Source of the DNA: a bacterium
Lineage (GTDB): Bacteria; Bacillota; Limnochordia; DTU080; RSA5
Assembly: GCA_002919195.1 (NCBI GenBank)
Contig: PKEU01000123.1
Span: forward strand, 15,003-79,002
Reading direction: 5' to 3'
Length of the DNA stretch: 64,000 nt
Notes under the pieces: generated by a model
Database searches by the model: none
Told to the model about the DNA's origin: nothing
The model's input: the letters and a program-made list of their open reading frames with translations, nothing else
Program-made: the position numbers and the translations under genes
Shown: one piece after another, positions 20,524 through 29,890 of the stretch
Layout: every line of letters begins with the position of its first letter
Position numbering within the stretch: the stretch's first letter is position 1

Positions 20524-21672
20524 ATGCTCCGTCGTCGCGCCATGGGGGTCGGGGGAGATGAGGCGTCTCTGCCTTCGTTGGGTGAGAGGCGTCATCTGCT
20601 GAGGAGGAGGCCCCCATTGCCATCGACGTTCGAGAAGATACGGACCATTTTAGCCGCACTCCGCAACGGCCAGTTCACCCTGATGTTTGTGCCCGATATG
20701 CTGCATCGACCCCGGACATGGCGGATGCCTCTGCGGCGGCTTTACATCGCGAGCGGTGCCGCCCTGGCAGTGCTATCGTTAGCGATGGCAGCCTTCGTCT
20801 GGGCTGGCGCCGCAACCTTGACCATCGCCAACACCCGGCAGGCGCTGGAATTACTCTCCGAAGAGAATCGCCGGCTGGAGTCAATCACCCATCAGCAACA
20901 GGCCAAACTCCTGGAAATGGCTCGCGAGGCGGCGATGCTCGCGGAGCGCGTGACGGAGTTGGAACTACTCGCCAACGAGATCCGAGACCTTGTGCTTCTT
21001 GTGGCTCAAGACGACTCCGTCGCGTCCGGCCAACTCTCAAGCGCCACAGCGCATTCACATTTGGAAACCGCCATGGAGAGATCGATAGACACATCGCGCA
21101 TCGGGAGTTTCCAGACGGCTGATCGGCTTCCCGCAAGCGGCGTCGGTGGAGGGGAGCTCTACCCCTACGACTTGAGTGCGCAGCTCCGCGGAAGCCTGAC
21201 CGCCCTTCGTTGGGCGGTGGAGAGCCAAAGTGATCGCTTGGCCGCCCTCAAAACCTCCGCAGAGGCCTATCAACACAAGATGAGGCACACGCCCAACGCC
21301 TGGCCGGTCACCGGCAGAGTAACCTCCGAATACGGCCGGCGCCGCCATCCCACGAGGGGTGTGTACCAACATCATGCCGGCATCGATATCGCCGTGCCGC
21401 TGGGCACACCCGTGCTCGCCACCGCCGCCGGAAAGGTGGTCCACGCGGGACCCAACGGCGGGTACGGGCTCACCGTGGTGATCGACCATGGCTACGGCCT
21501 TCGGACCCTGTACGCCCACAATGCGCGGGTGCTCGTCCAGCCAGGGGATCGAGTCGAACGGGGCGATGTCATCGCCCTTGCGGGCAGCACTGGTGTGAGT
21601 ACCGGGCCGCACGTTCACTACGAGGTCCATGTCGACGGCCGTCCTGTCAATCCCAGGGAGTTTCTACCCTGA
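20524..21672 (+). CDS. Membrane-anchored M23 (LytM-type) peptidoglycan endopeptidase with a coiled-coil region (LmdC/EnvC-like architecture). Start is uncertain.
   Basis: Cytoplasmic N-tail, TM (LYIASGAALAVLSLAMAAFVW), coiled coil (LELLSEENRRLESITHQQQAKLLEMAREAAMLAERVTELELLANEIRDL), and a C-terminal M23 domain with HAGIDIA...HVHYEV metal ligands. Confidence 0.85.
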   Translation: MLRRRAMGVGGDEASLPSLGERRHLLRRRPPLPSTFEKIRTILAALRNGQFTLMFVPDMLHRPRTWRMPLRRLYIASGAALAVLSLAMAAFVWAGAATLTIANTRQALELLSEENRRLESITHQQQAKLLEMAREAAMLAERVTELELLANEIRDLVLLVAQDDSVASGQLSSATAHSHLETAMERSIDTSRIGSFQTADRLPASGVGGGELYPYDLSAQLRGSLTALRWAVESQSDRLAALKTSAEAYQHKMRHTPNAWPVTGRVTSEYGRRRHPTRGVYQHHAGIDIAVPLGTPVLATAAGKVVHAGPNGGYGLTVVIDHGYGLRTLYAHNARVLVQPGDRVERGDVIALAGSTGVSTGPHVHYEVHVDGRPVNPREFLP

Positions 21673-21677
21673 CGCCG

Positions 21678-22265
21678 ATGCCGTGTCGACCCGGGGGGCT
21701 CCTCAAGCAACCCGAAGGAGTGGCTTTCTTGCTCTGGATACGGAAGATTTGGCCGTGGAAGACGCGCCGGATCGCGCGGCGCGACGCAGAAGAGATTGTC
21801 ATCCGTATGGATGAAGTCTATGAAGGCGCCCTCCGCGCGACCGGCGTGCTGCGCATCGAGGGAAAGGTGCGCGGGACTATCGACGCAAAAGGCGACGTCA
21901 TCATCGGTGAGAACGCGCTCGTCTGGGCCGACGTCTCCGCGGTCAACCTGATCGTCGCCGGTGAACTCCACGGAAAAGTGGACATCCCTGGCCGCCTGCA
22001 CATCCTTCCAGGGGGGAAATTTTCCGGTGACGCCCGCGTGGGCGTCTTTGTAGCCGAAGACGGCGCGGCCTTTTGCGGTGATTGCACAGTGGAGGTGCGA
22101 CGACCGGGCCAACGCTCCGAGCACATCACCCGCAGGATCGAGACGACCGCTCCCGCCGCGACGACCGGACAACGGGCGGGCGAGCCTGTTGGGACGCCGG
22201 ACTCTTACCAGGCAATTCGGCCGTCTCCAGGAGGAAGCCAAGATCTCCCATGTAATTTGATATAA
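21678..22265 (+). CDS. Bactofilin (DUF583 beta-helical polymer-forming protein). N-terminal extent is uncertain.
   Basis: Core LRIEGKVRGTIDAKGDVIIGENALVWADVSAVNLIVAGELHGKVDIPGRLHILPGGKFSGDARVG is a classical bactofilin repeat, followed by a Pro/Gly-rich tail. Confidence 0.8.
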   Translation: MPCRPGGLLKQPEGVAFLLWIRKIWPWKTRRIARRDAEEIVIRMDEVYEGALRATGVLRIEGKVRGTIDAKGDVIIGENALVWADVSAVNLIVAGELHGKVDIPGRLHILPGGKFSGDARVGVFVAEDGAAFCGDCTVEVRRPGQRSEHITRRIETTAPAATTGQRAGEPVGTPDSYQAIRPSPGGSQDLPCNLI

Positions 22266-22294
22266 GAGAAAGATTTCGCAAAGGAGCCCGGTCA

Positions 22295-23251
22295 ATGAGT
22301 CTCAAGGTCGGATTTATCGGCACAGGCGGAATTGCACGCAATCACATGGAAAACCTCAAGACACTGCAAGCCGAGTTTGTCGCCATGTGCGACGTCGACG
22401 AGGAGCGGGCGGCCAAAGCGGCTGACCAATACGGCGGCAAGGCCTATGCCGACCCCCGGCGCATGTTGGACGAGGTGGAGATGGATGCCTGCTTCGTCTG
22501 CCTGCCACCCTTTGCCCACGGTGATGCGGAACGAGCGGTGATCGAGCGCGGGGTAGCGTTGTTTGTGGAAAAGCCCATCGCCCTGACGATGGAACTCGCT
22601 CTCGAGCTGGAAGAGCTCATCAACAAGAACGGCATCATCGCCAGCGTTGGCTACCAATGGCGTTACGCCGACAGTGTGGCCGCTGCCAAGGCGGCGCTGG
22701 CAGACCGTCCCATCGGCATGATGCTGGGTTATTGGATCGGGGGTATGCCCGGCGTCTGGTGGTGGCGGCGCAGGGAGACCTCGGGCGGCCAAGCTGTCGA
22801 GCAAACGACGCACATCTTTGACCTCGCTCGCTACTTCGGCGGTGAAGTGACGGAAGTGTACGCGGCCCACGCCCAAAGATTTTTGCATCGAGAAGTCGAG
22901 CATTTCGACGTCGACGATGTGGGCACAGTGACGCTCAAGTTTGAGTCGGGGGCGATCGCGAACATCTCGTCGAGCTGCATCGCTCCATATCGGGTCGGGC
23001 TCGATCTCATCACCAAAGACGAAGTGATCTCCATCAGTGGACACGGGCTCACGACGATCAAACGCGGCGAACGCTCCAACCAGAGCTTTTCGGACAATCC
23101 CTACCTCAAGCAAGACCAGGCCTTTCTCGAGGCGGTCAAGAGCAAGGACCCAAGCAAGATCCTTTCGAGTTACAGCGACGCGGTCAAGACGCTCCGCGTG
23201 ACGCTGGCGGCCAATGAGTCGGCCGCGAAAGGCGAACCGGTGAAGCTGTGA
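22295..23251 (+). CDS. Gfo/Idh/MocA family NAD(P)-dependent oxidoreductase
   Basis: MSLKVGFIGTGGIARNHMENL Rossmann N-terminus. 318 aa. AAAGGAG upstream. Confidence 0.85.
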   Translation: MSLKVGFIGTGGIARNHMENLKTLQAEFVAMCDVDEERAAKAADQYGGKAYADPRRMLDEVEMDACFVCLPPFAHGDAERAVIERGVALFVEKPIALTMELALELEELINKNGIIASVGYQWRYADSVAAAKAALADRPIGMMLGYWIGGMPGVWWWRRRETSGGQAVEQTTHIFDLARYFGGEVTEVYAAHAQRFLHREVEHFDVDDVGTVTLKFESGAIANISSSCIAPYRVGLDLITKDEVISISGHGLTTIKRGERSNQSFSDNPYLKQDQAFLEAVKSKDPSKILSSYSDAVKTLRVTLAANESAAKGEPVKL

Positions 23252-23278
23252 GCGTCGAGGGCGAGCTGAAAGGATGGA

Positions 23279-24049
23279 TTGGCGATGAATTTTTCCGTCT
23301 GCATTGACATGATTTACAGTGGGCTGCCTCTTGCCGAGCGCGTCGCCCAGGTCAAAGCCGCTGGCTACGACGCGGTCGAGTTTTGGCGGTGGCGGGATAA
23401 AGACTTAGATGCCCTTGAGCAGGCGCTGCAGCAGCACGGCGTGCAGCTCGCAGGTTTTTGTGTCGATCCCATGGGCCGGCTCGTCGACCCGGCGACGCAC
23501 GACGAGTTTGTCGAAGGCGTCAAGGCCAGCGTCCAACAGGCCCAACGGTTTGGCACCAACGCGCTCATCGTCACGGTGGGGCAAGAGCGAGAGGGAGTCT
23601 CCCGGGACGAGCAGCGGGAGGCCATCATCGCAGGCCTCCGGCGCGCGGCGCCGGTGGCCGAAGAGGGGGGCGTCGTCTTGTGTGTCGAGCCCCTCAACGT
23701 GCTGGTGGACCACAAAGGTTACTTCCTTTCCACCACTGACGAAGCCCTCCAGATCATCGACGCAGTCAACAGCCCAGCGGTGAAGTTGCTTTACGACGTC
23801 TATCACCAGCAGATCACGGAAGGGAATTTGATCGCCCGCATCACCCAACATATCGACAAGATCGGGCACATCCACATCGCCGACGTGCCGGGCCGCCACG
23901 AGCCAGGCACCGGCGAAATCAATTACGCCAACGTCTTTAAAGCGATCGCGGACGCCGGCTATGAGGGATACGTCGGTCTTGAGTTTCGGCCCAAGGCCGA
24001 CGCCAGGGTTGCGCTTGAAAACGTGAGGAAGTTGGAGGAGGCGAGCTAA
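23279..24049 (+). CDS. Sugar phosphate isomerase/epimerase (xylose-isomerase-like TIM barrel; hydroxypyruvate-isomerase-like)
   Basis: MAMNFSVCIDMIYSGLPLAERVAQVKAAGYDAVEFW... and ...GHIHIADVPGRHEPGTGEINY..., typical of the Hyi/AP-endonuclease-2 family. Confidence 0.8.
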   Translation: MAMNFSVCIDMIYSGLPLAERVAQVKAAGYDAVEFWRWRDKDLDALEQALQQHGVQLAGFCVDPMGRLVDPATHDEFVEGVKASVQQAQRFGTNALIVTVGQEREGVSRDEQREAIIAGLRRAAPVAEEGGVVLCVEPLNVLVDHKGYFLSTTDEALQIIDAVNSPAVKLLYDVYHQQITEGNLIARITQHIDKIGHIHIADVPGRHEPGTGEINYANVFKAIADAGYEGYVGLEFRPKADARVALENVRKLEEAS

Positions 24050-26055
24050 TGGCGCCTCCTTCTCTTCCTTTTCGCCAGATTCACCTGGACTTCCACACTA
24101 GCGAGCATATCCCCGGCGTCGGCGACGACTTCGACCCCGAAGAGTTTGTCCAGACCCTTAAGCGCGCGCACGTCAATTCCATTACGTGCTTCGCCCGGTG
24201 CCACCATGGCTGGATCTACTTCGACACCAAGCTGCATCCGGAACGGCGGCACCCGCGCCTTTCGCGCAATCTCCTGAAAGAGCAGATCGAAGTATGCCAC
24301 GCCCACGGGATCCGTGTGCCGGTATACACCTCCATCCAGTGGGACCACTATACCGCCAATGCGCATCCCGAGTGGCTGGTGCTGGACGAAAAGGGCGCTC
24401 CCCGCGGGACGCCCCTGTTTGAACCGGGCTTTTACCGTTACCTCTGCGTCAACTCTCCGTACCGGGACTTTCTCAAGGCCCATGTGCGTGAGATTGCAGA
24501 GACCTTGCCCATCGACGGGTTTTTCTTTGACATCGTGCAGCCCCAGGACTGCTCGTGCCGCTACTGCCGCCGACTGATGGAAGAGGCGGGTCTCGACCCG
24601 GCCAACGCGGCGCACCGGCGGCAGTTTGGCCTGCGCACGATCAATGAGTTTAAGCGCGAAATGTCGCAGTTTGTGCGGGAGCTGCTCCCCGACGCCAGCA
24701 TCTTTTACAACGCCGGGCACATCGGACCCCGTCACCGGGCGGTGGCCGACGCCTACACGCACTTCGAGATCGAATCCCTGCCCAGCGGCGGTTGGGGATA
24801 CCTCCATTTTCCCATTGCGATGCGGTACGCCCGCACGCTGGGGATTGAGTGCCTCAGTCACACGGGGAAGTTTCACACATCGTGGGGCGATTTCCACTCG
24901 TTTAAAAACCAAGCGGCGCTGGAGTACGAGTGCTTCCGCATGCTGGCGATGGGGGCCAAGTGCCTCGTCGGGGACCAGCTCCATCCTCGCGGCAAGATCG
25001 ATCCATACGTGTATGACCTGATCGGCGCCGTCTACGCCCAGGTGGAGGAGAAAGAGCCGTGGTGCCAAGGGGCTCGCCCGCTCGTCGACATCGCCGTGAT
25101 GACGCCCGAGGCCTTCGTATCGCCCGATCAGACGGCCGAACGGCTTTCGCCGCCCATCTGCGGCGTCACCCGCATGCTCGAGGAGGGGGCCCACCAATTT
25201 GACATCGTCGATCACGAGGCTGATCTCTCCCGTTATCGTGTGCTGGTGCTGCCCGACGTGATTCCCGTCACGGAAGACCTGGCGAGGAAAATCGACCAGT
25301 TCGTCGAAAACGGCGGGGCGCTCATCGCCTCGTACCGGTCGGGCCTTTGCCCTGAGGGCACGGGCTTTACCCTCCAGAGCCTCGGGGTCGAGTGGGTGGG
25401 AGAAGCTCCCTTCAGTCCCGACTTCGTCCTGCCCAAGGACGAGATCGGTCGGGGTCTTGCGCCCACGGAGCACGTGATGTACCTGAGGGGCGCAGAGGTG
25501 CGGCCCCAGCCCGGCGCCGAGGTGCTCGCCGAGGTGATCATTCCTTACTTCAACCGGACGTACAAGCACTTTTGCTCGCACCGGCACACGCCGTCCTCGG
25601 GCGAGCCGGCTTACCCTGGGATCGTGCGTAAAGGGCGGGCAATCTACTTTGCCCATCCCATCTTTACGCAGTACGATCAAAACGCGCCCCGCTGGTGCAA
25701 GCGGCTCTTTCTCAACGCGCTCGAAATGCTCTTGCCCGACCCACTGGTCCGTCATCAAGGGCCGAGCACTCTGGAAGTGCACGTGGCCGCGCAGCCCGAA
25801 AAGGGGCGTTGGATCGTGCACGCCCTCCACTACATCCCGGAGCGGCGGAGCCGGAGCCTCGACGTGATCGAAGACATCATCCCCCTGCACGACGTGCGCT
25901 TCTCGCTGCGAGCCTCCGGGCGCGTCCGTGGCGTCCGGTGTGTGCCGCAGGGCACCCAACTCTCGTTTGAGGAGCGGGACGGAAGGATCGAATGGGTCCT
26001 TCCCCGTTTGGAAGGGCACCAGATGGTGGAAGTGGCCTTTGAGCCGGCAGGATAA
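24049..26055 (+). CDS. Putative glycoside-hydrolase-like TIM-barrel protein (GHL-type, possibly with a beta-galactosidase-trimerisation-like C-domain). Family is uncertain.
   Basis: 668 aa. N-terminus ...IHLDFHTSEHIPGVG...VNSITCFARCHHGWIYFDT.... The call is from memory of hypothetical GH families and is not a firm motif match. Strong GGAGGAGG SD. Co-located with the sugar oxidoreductase and isomerase genes. Confidence 0.4.
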   Translation: MAPPSLPFRQIHLDFHTSEHIPGVGDDFDPEEFVQTLKRAHVNSITCFARCHHGWIYFDTKLHPERRHPRLSRNLLKEQIEVCHAHGIRVPVYTSIQWDHYTANAHPEWLVLDEKGAPRGTPLFEPGFYRYLCVNSPYRDFLKAHVREIAETLPIDGFFFDIVQPQDCSCRYCRRLMEEAGLDPANAAHRRQFGLRTINEFKREMSQFVRELLPDASIFYNAGHIGPRHRAVADAYTHFEIESLPSGGWGYLHFPIAMRYARTLGIECLSHTGKFHTSWGDFHSFKNQAALEYECFRMLAMGAKCLVGDQLHPRGKIDPYVYDLIGAVYAQVEEKEPWCQGARPLVDIAVMTPEAFVSPDQTAERLSPPICGVTRMLEEGAHQFDIVDHEADLSRYRVLVLPDVIPVTEDLARKIDQFVENGGALIASYRSGLCPEGTGFTLQSLGVEWVGEAPFSPDFVLPKDEIGRGLAPTEHVMYLRGAEVRPQPGAEVLAEVIIPYFNRTYKHFCSHRHTPSSGEPAYPGIVRKGRAIYFAHPIFTQYDQNAPRWCKRLFLNALEMLLPDPLVRHQGPSTLEVHVAAQPEKGRWIVHALHYIPERRSRSLDVIEDIIPLHDVRFSLRASGRVRGVRCVPQGTQLSFEERDGRIEWVLPRLEGHQMVEVAFEPAG

Positions 26056-26098
26056 GACGAGCAAGGGGTGGCACGGAGCGCCTGAGGACGGAGCGTCG

Positions 26099-27187
26099 AT
26101 GGATCTAGGAAATACCCAGGAAAAAAGAGCGGGGCAGGCCGTGCCTGCCCTCTTTCGATCCAAGAGCGCTGCGCAGCGGCTCCGAGCGGTGCAGGAGCTG
26201 GCCCGGGCCGTTTCGGACGAGAGCCGCGAGCTCTTGCGCCGCGCCCTTTTTGACCGTTCCAACTTGGTCGTCGCCGAGGCGGCGAAAGCCCTGGCCGCTC
26301 ATGGCGACAGGGAAGCGGCGCCGCTCATGATCGAGCGCTACTACTGGTTTGCCGCCGACGGCTTGCGCCGCGATCCAGGTTGTGCGGCCCGTTGGCAGCT
26401 GGTAACGGCTTTGGCCTCCCTTGGCGATCACCGCGCCGCCGATGTCTTTTTCGACGCCATTGAGACCGTGCAAGTGGAGCCCTCGGGAGCGGGGCTGGAA
26501 GATATGGCAGTCCCCCTTAGGGCGCAAGCGGCCATGGGCCTGGCGGAGCTAGCGCCGCCAGGCGCTCTCGTGGCGATCGCTCTCCTCCTCTTTGACGATC
26601 AACCCAAGGCTCCCACGGCGCCTCAACACGAGCCTTTCGTGACCCTCGCGACCAGGCGGGTGGCCGCAAGGGCTTTAGCCTCCCTGGGCGATCCCGGCGG
26701 CGCTGCGGTGCTCGCTCTTAAGCTGCGCTACCCTGGCAATGAAGTTCCCGAAGTGCTGGTGGAATGCATGGACGCGCTTGTGGCCTTGGACGAGCAAGCC
26801 GCGCTCAAGCTCATCCCGCAGTACCTCGAGCATCGCCACCCTTATCTTGCGACCGGCGCGGCGACGGCTTTGGCCACGCTGCGGGGGAGTGCTCAAGGAA
26901 AGGTGTTGGAGATGCTGCTCGAGGCGTGTCACCGCCAGTCCCAAGAGGCGCGCGAAGGCATCGCGTTGGCGATCGCCTCGATGCGGGGGGACGAGGCCAT
27001 CCACGCCTTGGAGCGCCTCGCCAAGGCCGACGATCCCAGTGTGCGCTTGGCTTCCGTTTCGGCTCTGGCCCATAAGGGTGGCCCGGCGAGCGAGGTCATC
27101 CTTTCCCGCTTGGCGAAGGATCCCGATGCCGCCGTCGCGCGCCGGGCGGCCGGGGCTCTTCAAGCCTTGCACGAATCGAGCAAGTGA
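26099..27187 (+). CDS. HEAT-repeat (PBS-lyase-like) protein
   Basis: Repeated ...AVQELARAV.../...AEAAKALAAHGDREAAPLM.../...AARALASLGDPGGAAVL.../...AIASMRGDEAIHALERLAKADDPSVRLASVSALA units. Confidence 0.65.
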   Translation: MDLGNTQEKRAGQAVPALFRSKSAAQRLRAVQELARAVSDESRELLRRALFDRSNLVVAEAAKALAAHGDREAAPLMIERYYWFAADGLRRDPGCAARWQLVTALASLGDHRAADVFFDAIETVQVEPSGAGLEDMAVPLRAQAAMGLAELAPPGALVAIALLLFDDQPKAPTAPQHEPFVTLATRRVAARALASLGDPGGAAVLALKLRYPGNEVPEVLVECMDALVALDEQAALKLIPQYLEHRHPYLATGAATALATLRGSAQGKVLEMLLEACHRQSQEAREGIALAIASMRGDEAIHALERLAKADDPSVRLASVSALAHKGGPASEVILSRLAKDPDAAVARRAAGALQALHESSK

Positions 27188-27221
27188 AAGCACTCCGCGT
27201 AAGGAGAGGAGGCGCACCAGG

Positions 27222-27413
27222 ATGGCCCATGCCAACATCGACCAACGAGGCATCGAGAGGCGCCGGAGGATGGGCTCGGCAAGCCTGATCCTCGGCGCCT
27301 TGTGGGGTGTTTGGATCATCGCTCAAGACGTCTCGGGCTGGGCGTTTCTCGGACTGTTCCTCTTGTTTCTTGCCGCTGGGCTCGGCATCAACCAGGCCCG
27401 CAGGCGCACTTGA
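27222..27413 (+). CDS. Small predicted membrane protein (63 aa)
   Basis: AAGGAGAGGAGG lies before the ATG. The hydrophobic core is LILGALWGVWIIAQDVSGWAFLGLFLLFLAAGLGI. No family was recognised. Confidence 0.3.
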   Translation: MAHANIDQRGIERRRRMGSASLILGALWGVWIIAQDVSGWAFLGLFLLFLAAGLGINQARRRT

Positions 27414-27690
27414 GTGGCTCTTGCCGCACGCGGCGCGTGCGACTTGGGAGCCGGTATTCAACAGATCGAAGACGACAACATGCGTCAAGCGCTAAAGAAG
27501 CAAGCTCGCCAAGTGTGGTGGGAGGCCCTCGGCATGGCCCTGGCTCTGACGCTCTTGACTTTCCTGTTGAGCCTGGTCGTCTAGACGGCAAGCCTTAACG
27601 TTGAGGGACCCCATGAGGGCCTGTGGAAAAAACCAAGCGATGGCCCCGGATGGGCCGCGTGGATGTTGTGTTAAGCCTTGCCGCCGGCGA

Positions 27691-28470
27691 TCAGATGGTG
27701 TCGCAGGTGGTGTACCCGCCGTCGACATAGAGGACGTGACCCGTGACGTAGTCGGACGCGGGGCTCGCAAGAAAGATGGCGGCGCCGGCCAGATCTCCGG
27801 GCACGCCGGGCCGGCCTGCTACGATGCGAGAGACCAGGTTTTCCCGCCAATGGGGATCGCGGAAAAGTTCGTCGTTGATCTCCGTATGGAAGAAGCCCGG
27901 AGCGATGGCGTTGACGCAGATGCCGTGGGGCGCCCACTCCGCGGCCAGGGCTCGGGTGAGCTGGACCACGCCTCCTTTGCTGGCCGCGTAGGAGATGCGC
28001 CGGGCAAGGCCGATCCTCGAGGTCGCAGAGGCGATGTTGATGATCTTTCCGCTCCTTTGCGGGAGCATCTTGCGCGCAACGGCCTGGCTCATCCAAAAGA
28101 CGCCCGACAAATTGGTCTCAATCACAGGTGTCCAATCCTCTTCGCTGATCTCGACGGCCGGCTGGCGGCTGATCGTGCCTGCTCCGTTGACCAAGATGTC
28201 GATGCGGCCCAGCGCGCCGATCACGTGCTCGACCGCAGCGGTGACCGACGCCCGGTCGGTGACATCGCACGAGATGGCGAGCGATCTTTGGCCGAGCGCT
28301 TCGATTTCGGCGGCCACGGCTTGCACTTTCTCTTGAGAGCGGGCGAGCACCGCCACGTCGGCTCCGGCTCCCGCGAGCGCGAGCGCGACGGCCCGGCCGA
28401 GGCCTTGCCCGCCGCCCGTGACGATGGCCACTTTGCCCGAAAGGCCAAAAAGCTCTTGAAGGAGCGACAC
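27691..28470 (-). CDS. Short-chain dehydrogenase/reductase (SDR, FabG-like). Likely GTG start at 28470; the ORF extends to 28518.
   Basis: LSGKVAIVTGGGQGLGRAVALALA, NGAG, and the catalytic Y...K region (YAASKGGVVQLTR). Confidence 0.85.
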   Translation of the reverse strand: MSLLQELFGLSGKVAIVTGGGQGLGRAVALALAGAGADVAVLARSQEKVQAVAAEIEALGQRSLAISCDVTDRASVTAAVEHVIGALGRIDILVNGAGTISRQPAVEISEEDWTPVIETNLSGVFWMSQAVARKMLPQRSGKIINIASATSRIGLARRISYAASKGGVVQLTRALAAEWAPHGICVNAIAPGFFHTEINDELFRDPHWRENLVSRIVAGRPGVPGDLAGAAIFLASPASDYVTGHVLYVDGGYTTCDTI

Positions 28471-28628
28471 GCAGCATCCCCCTTTGAGCGATCGAAAGAT
28501 CGAAACTCTCTGCGACAATTCGCCCGCTCTCGGGCACGCCCTGCCTAAAGGAGTCGTCCGGGAAAAAGAGAACGTCCTCGGCGTCCTGGTTGCGGTTTTA
28601 AAATCATCGTTTTAGAAAGGGGTCTAAA

Positions 28629-29090
28629 ATGCCTTCCCCAGAAGAACGCCTGAAAGAGCTCGGCATTGAGCTGCCGAAACCGCCCAAGCCGCTCGCGGCT
28701 TACGTCCCCGCGGTGAGGGCGGGCGACCTGGTTTTCATCTCGGGACAAGCGCCGATGCGGGATGGAAAGCCTGTTTACACGGGAAGGGTCGGCGCCGACT
28801 TGACGCTGGAGGAAGGGTACGAGGCGGCCCGGCTGGTGATGATCAACGCGCTGGCGGTGCTGAAAGAAGAGATTGGCAGCCTCGACAACGTGGAGCGCAT
28901 CGTCAAGGTGTTGGGGTGGGTCAACAGCGCCCCCGACTTTACGCAGCAGCCCCAGGTGATCAACGGCGCGTCGGAGCTGCTCGAGCAGGTTTTCGGGGAA
29001 AGGGGCAGGCACGCCCGGTCGGCGGTCTCCGCCCACACCTTGCCCTTTAACATCGCAGTCGAAATCGAGATGATCGTCCAGGTAAAATAA
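28629..29090 (+). CDS. RidA/YjgF/L-PSP family protein
   Basis: 153 aa. ...LVFISGQAP...GRVGADLTLEEGYEAARLVMINALAVL... matches the Rid family. Confidence 0.8.
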   Translation: MPSPEERLKELGIELPKPPKPLAAYVPAVRAGDLVFISGQAPMRDGKPVYTGRVGADLTLEEGYEAARLVMINALAVLKEEIGSLDNVERIVKVLGWVNSAPDFTQQPQVINGASELLEQVFGERGRHARSAVSAHTLPFNIAVEIEMIVQVK

Positions 29091-29099
29091 CTGATTGCC

Positions 29100-29783
29100 T
29101 TACGATTCCCAGGTCGCGGCGATTTGCAAGGCCGGGGAGCGCCAGTGTTTGGCCAAGGAGTCGATGAGGGCTTGGGCGATGAGGTCGGCGAGGCGCATCA
29201 CCAGGTTGAGGCGGGTGTTTTGCAAGACGAAGTACTCCATAAAGCCGCCGACGTTGACCACGCCGACGATGTGAAAGCTGCCGACGGGAGGCAGGCTCTT
29301 GTGGACGCCGGTGCCGGGCCTTAAAGGTCCCGGCTTGACGCAAACCGTGCCGACGTTTTCCGACCGCCCAAGGCAGGCGTCAACGGCGACGACGAGCTTA
29401 TCTTGGCCTGCTTCCCGGAGGGCCTCGAGGCGCTCGGAAAGGTTAGCCGCGTGGACGGGGCTTTCCAGCGTGCCGTGGACGATCAACCGCGGGTGCCGGA
29501 TCCTGCTGAGTTGCGTCCCCACGAGGGGGCCGAGAGCGTCTCCCGTCGAGCGGTCGCTGCCGACGCAGACGATGGTGACGGGCGCCGGCCGGGGGGAAAA
29601 AGACGCGAGATGGGAAGCGATCGCCGCGCTCAACGTGTCGCGCCCCGCAGGATCGTCCACATGCACCCGGGTTTCGCCGGGGCGGGCTGCGATGCCCTCA
29701 GCGCGGCCCAGCGTCGCCGCTGGAGGTTGGCCCGCCTGCCCGGCGGGAGAAGTCCGGGGCCCGGTTTTCCACATCCGCCTCAC
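29100..29783 (-). CDS. yyaC: Spore-protease-like protein YyaC (DUF1256)
   Basis: ...VTIVCVGSDRSTGDALGPLVGTQL... is the YyaC/GPR-like signature. The origin-proximal position matches B. subtilis yyaC. Confidence 0.7.
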   Translation of the reverse strand: MRRMWKTGPRTSPAGQAGQPPAATLGRAEGIAARPGETRVHVDDPAGRDTLSAAIASHLASFSPRPAPVTIVCVGSDRSTGDALGPLVGTQLSRIRHPRLIVHGTLESPVHAANLSERLEALREAGQDKLVVAVDACLGRSENVGTVCVKPGPLRPGTGVHKSLPPVGSFHIVGVVNVGGFMEYFVLQNTRLNLVMRLADLIAQALIDSLAKHWRSPALQIAATWES

Positions 29784-29890
29784 CTCGGGGCATCGTCGAC
29801 CGTCTGTCAGGTACTGACAGTATATGCCCGCCGAGCGGCGGCCTATTCAGTGCCCGGTGCGGGGCGCTCCGGCAGGAGGCGCCCCGTGCT

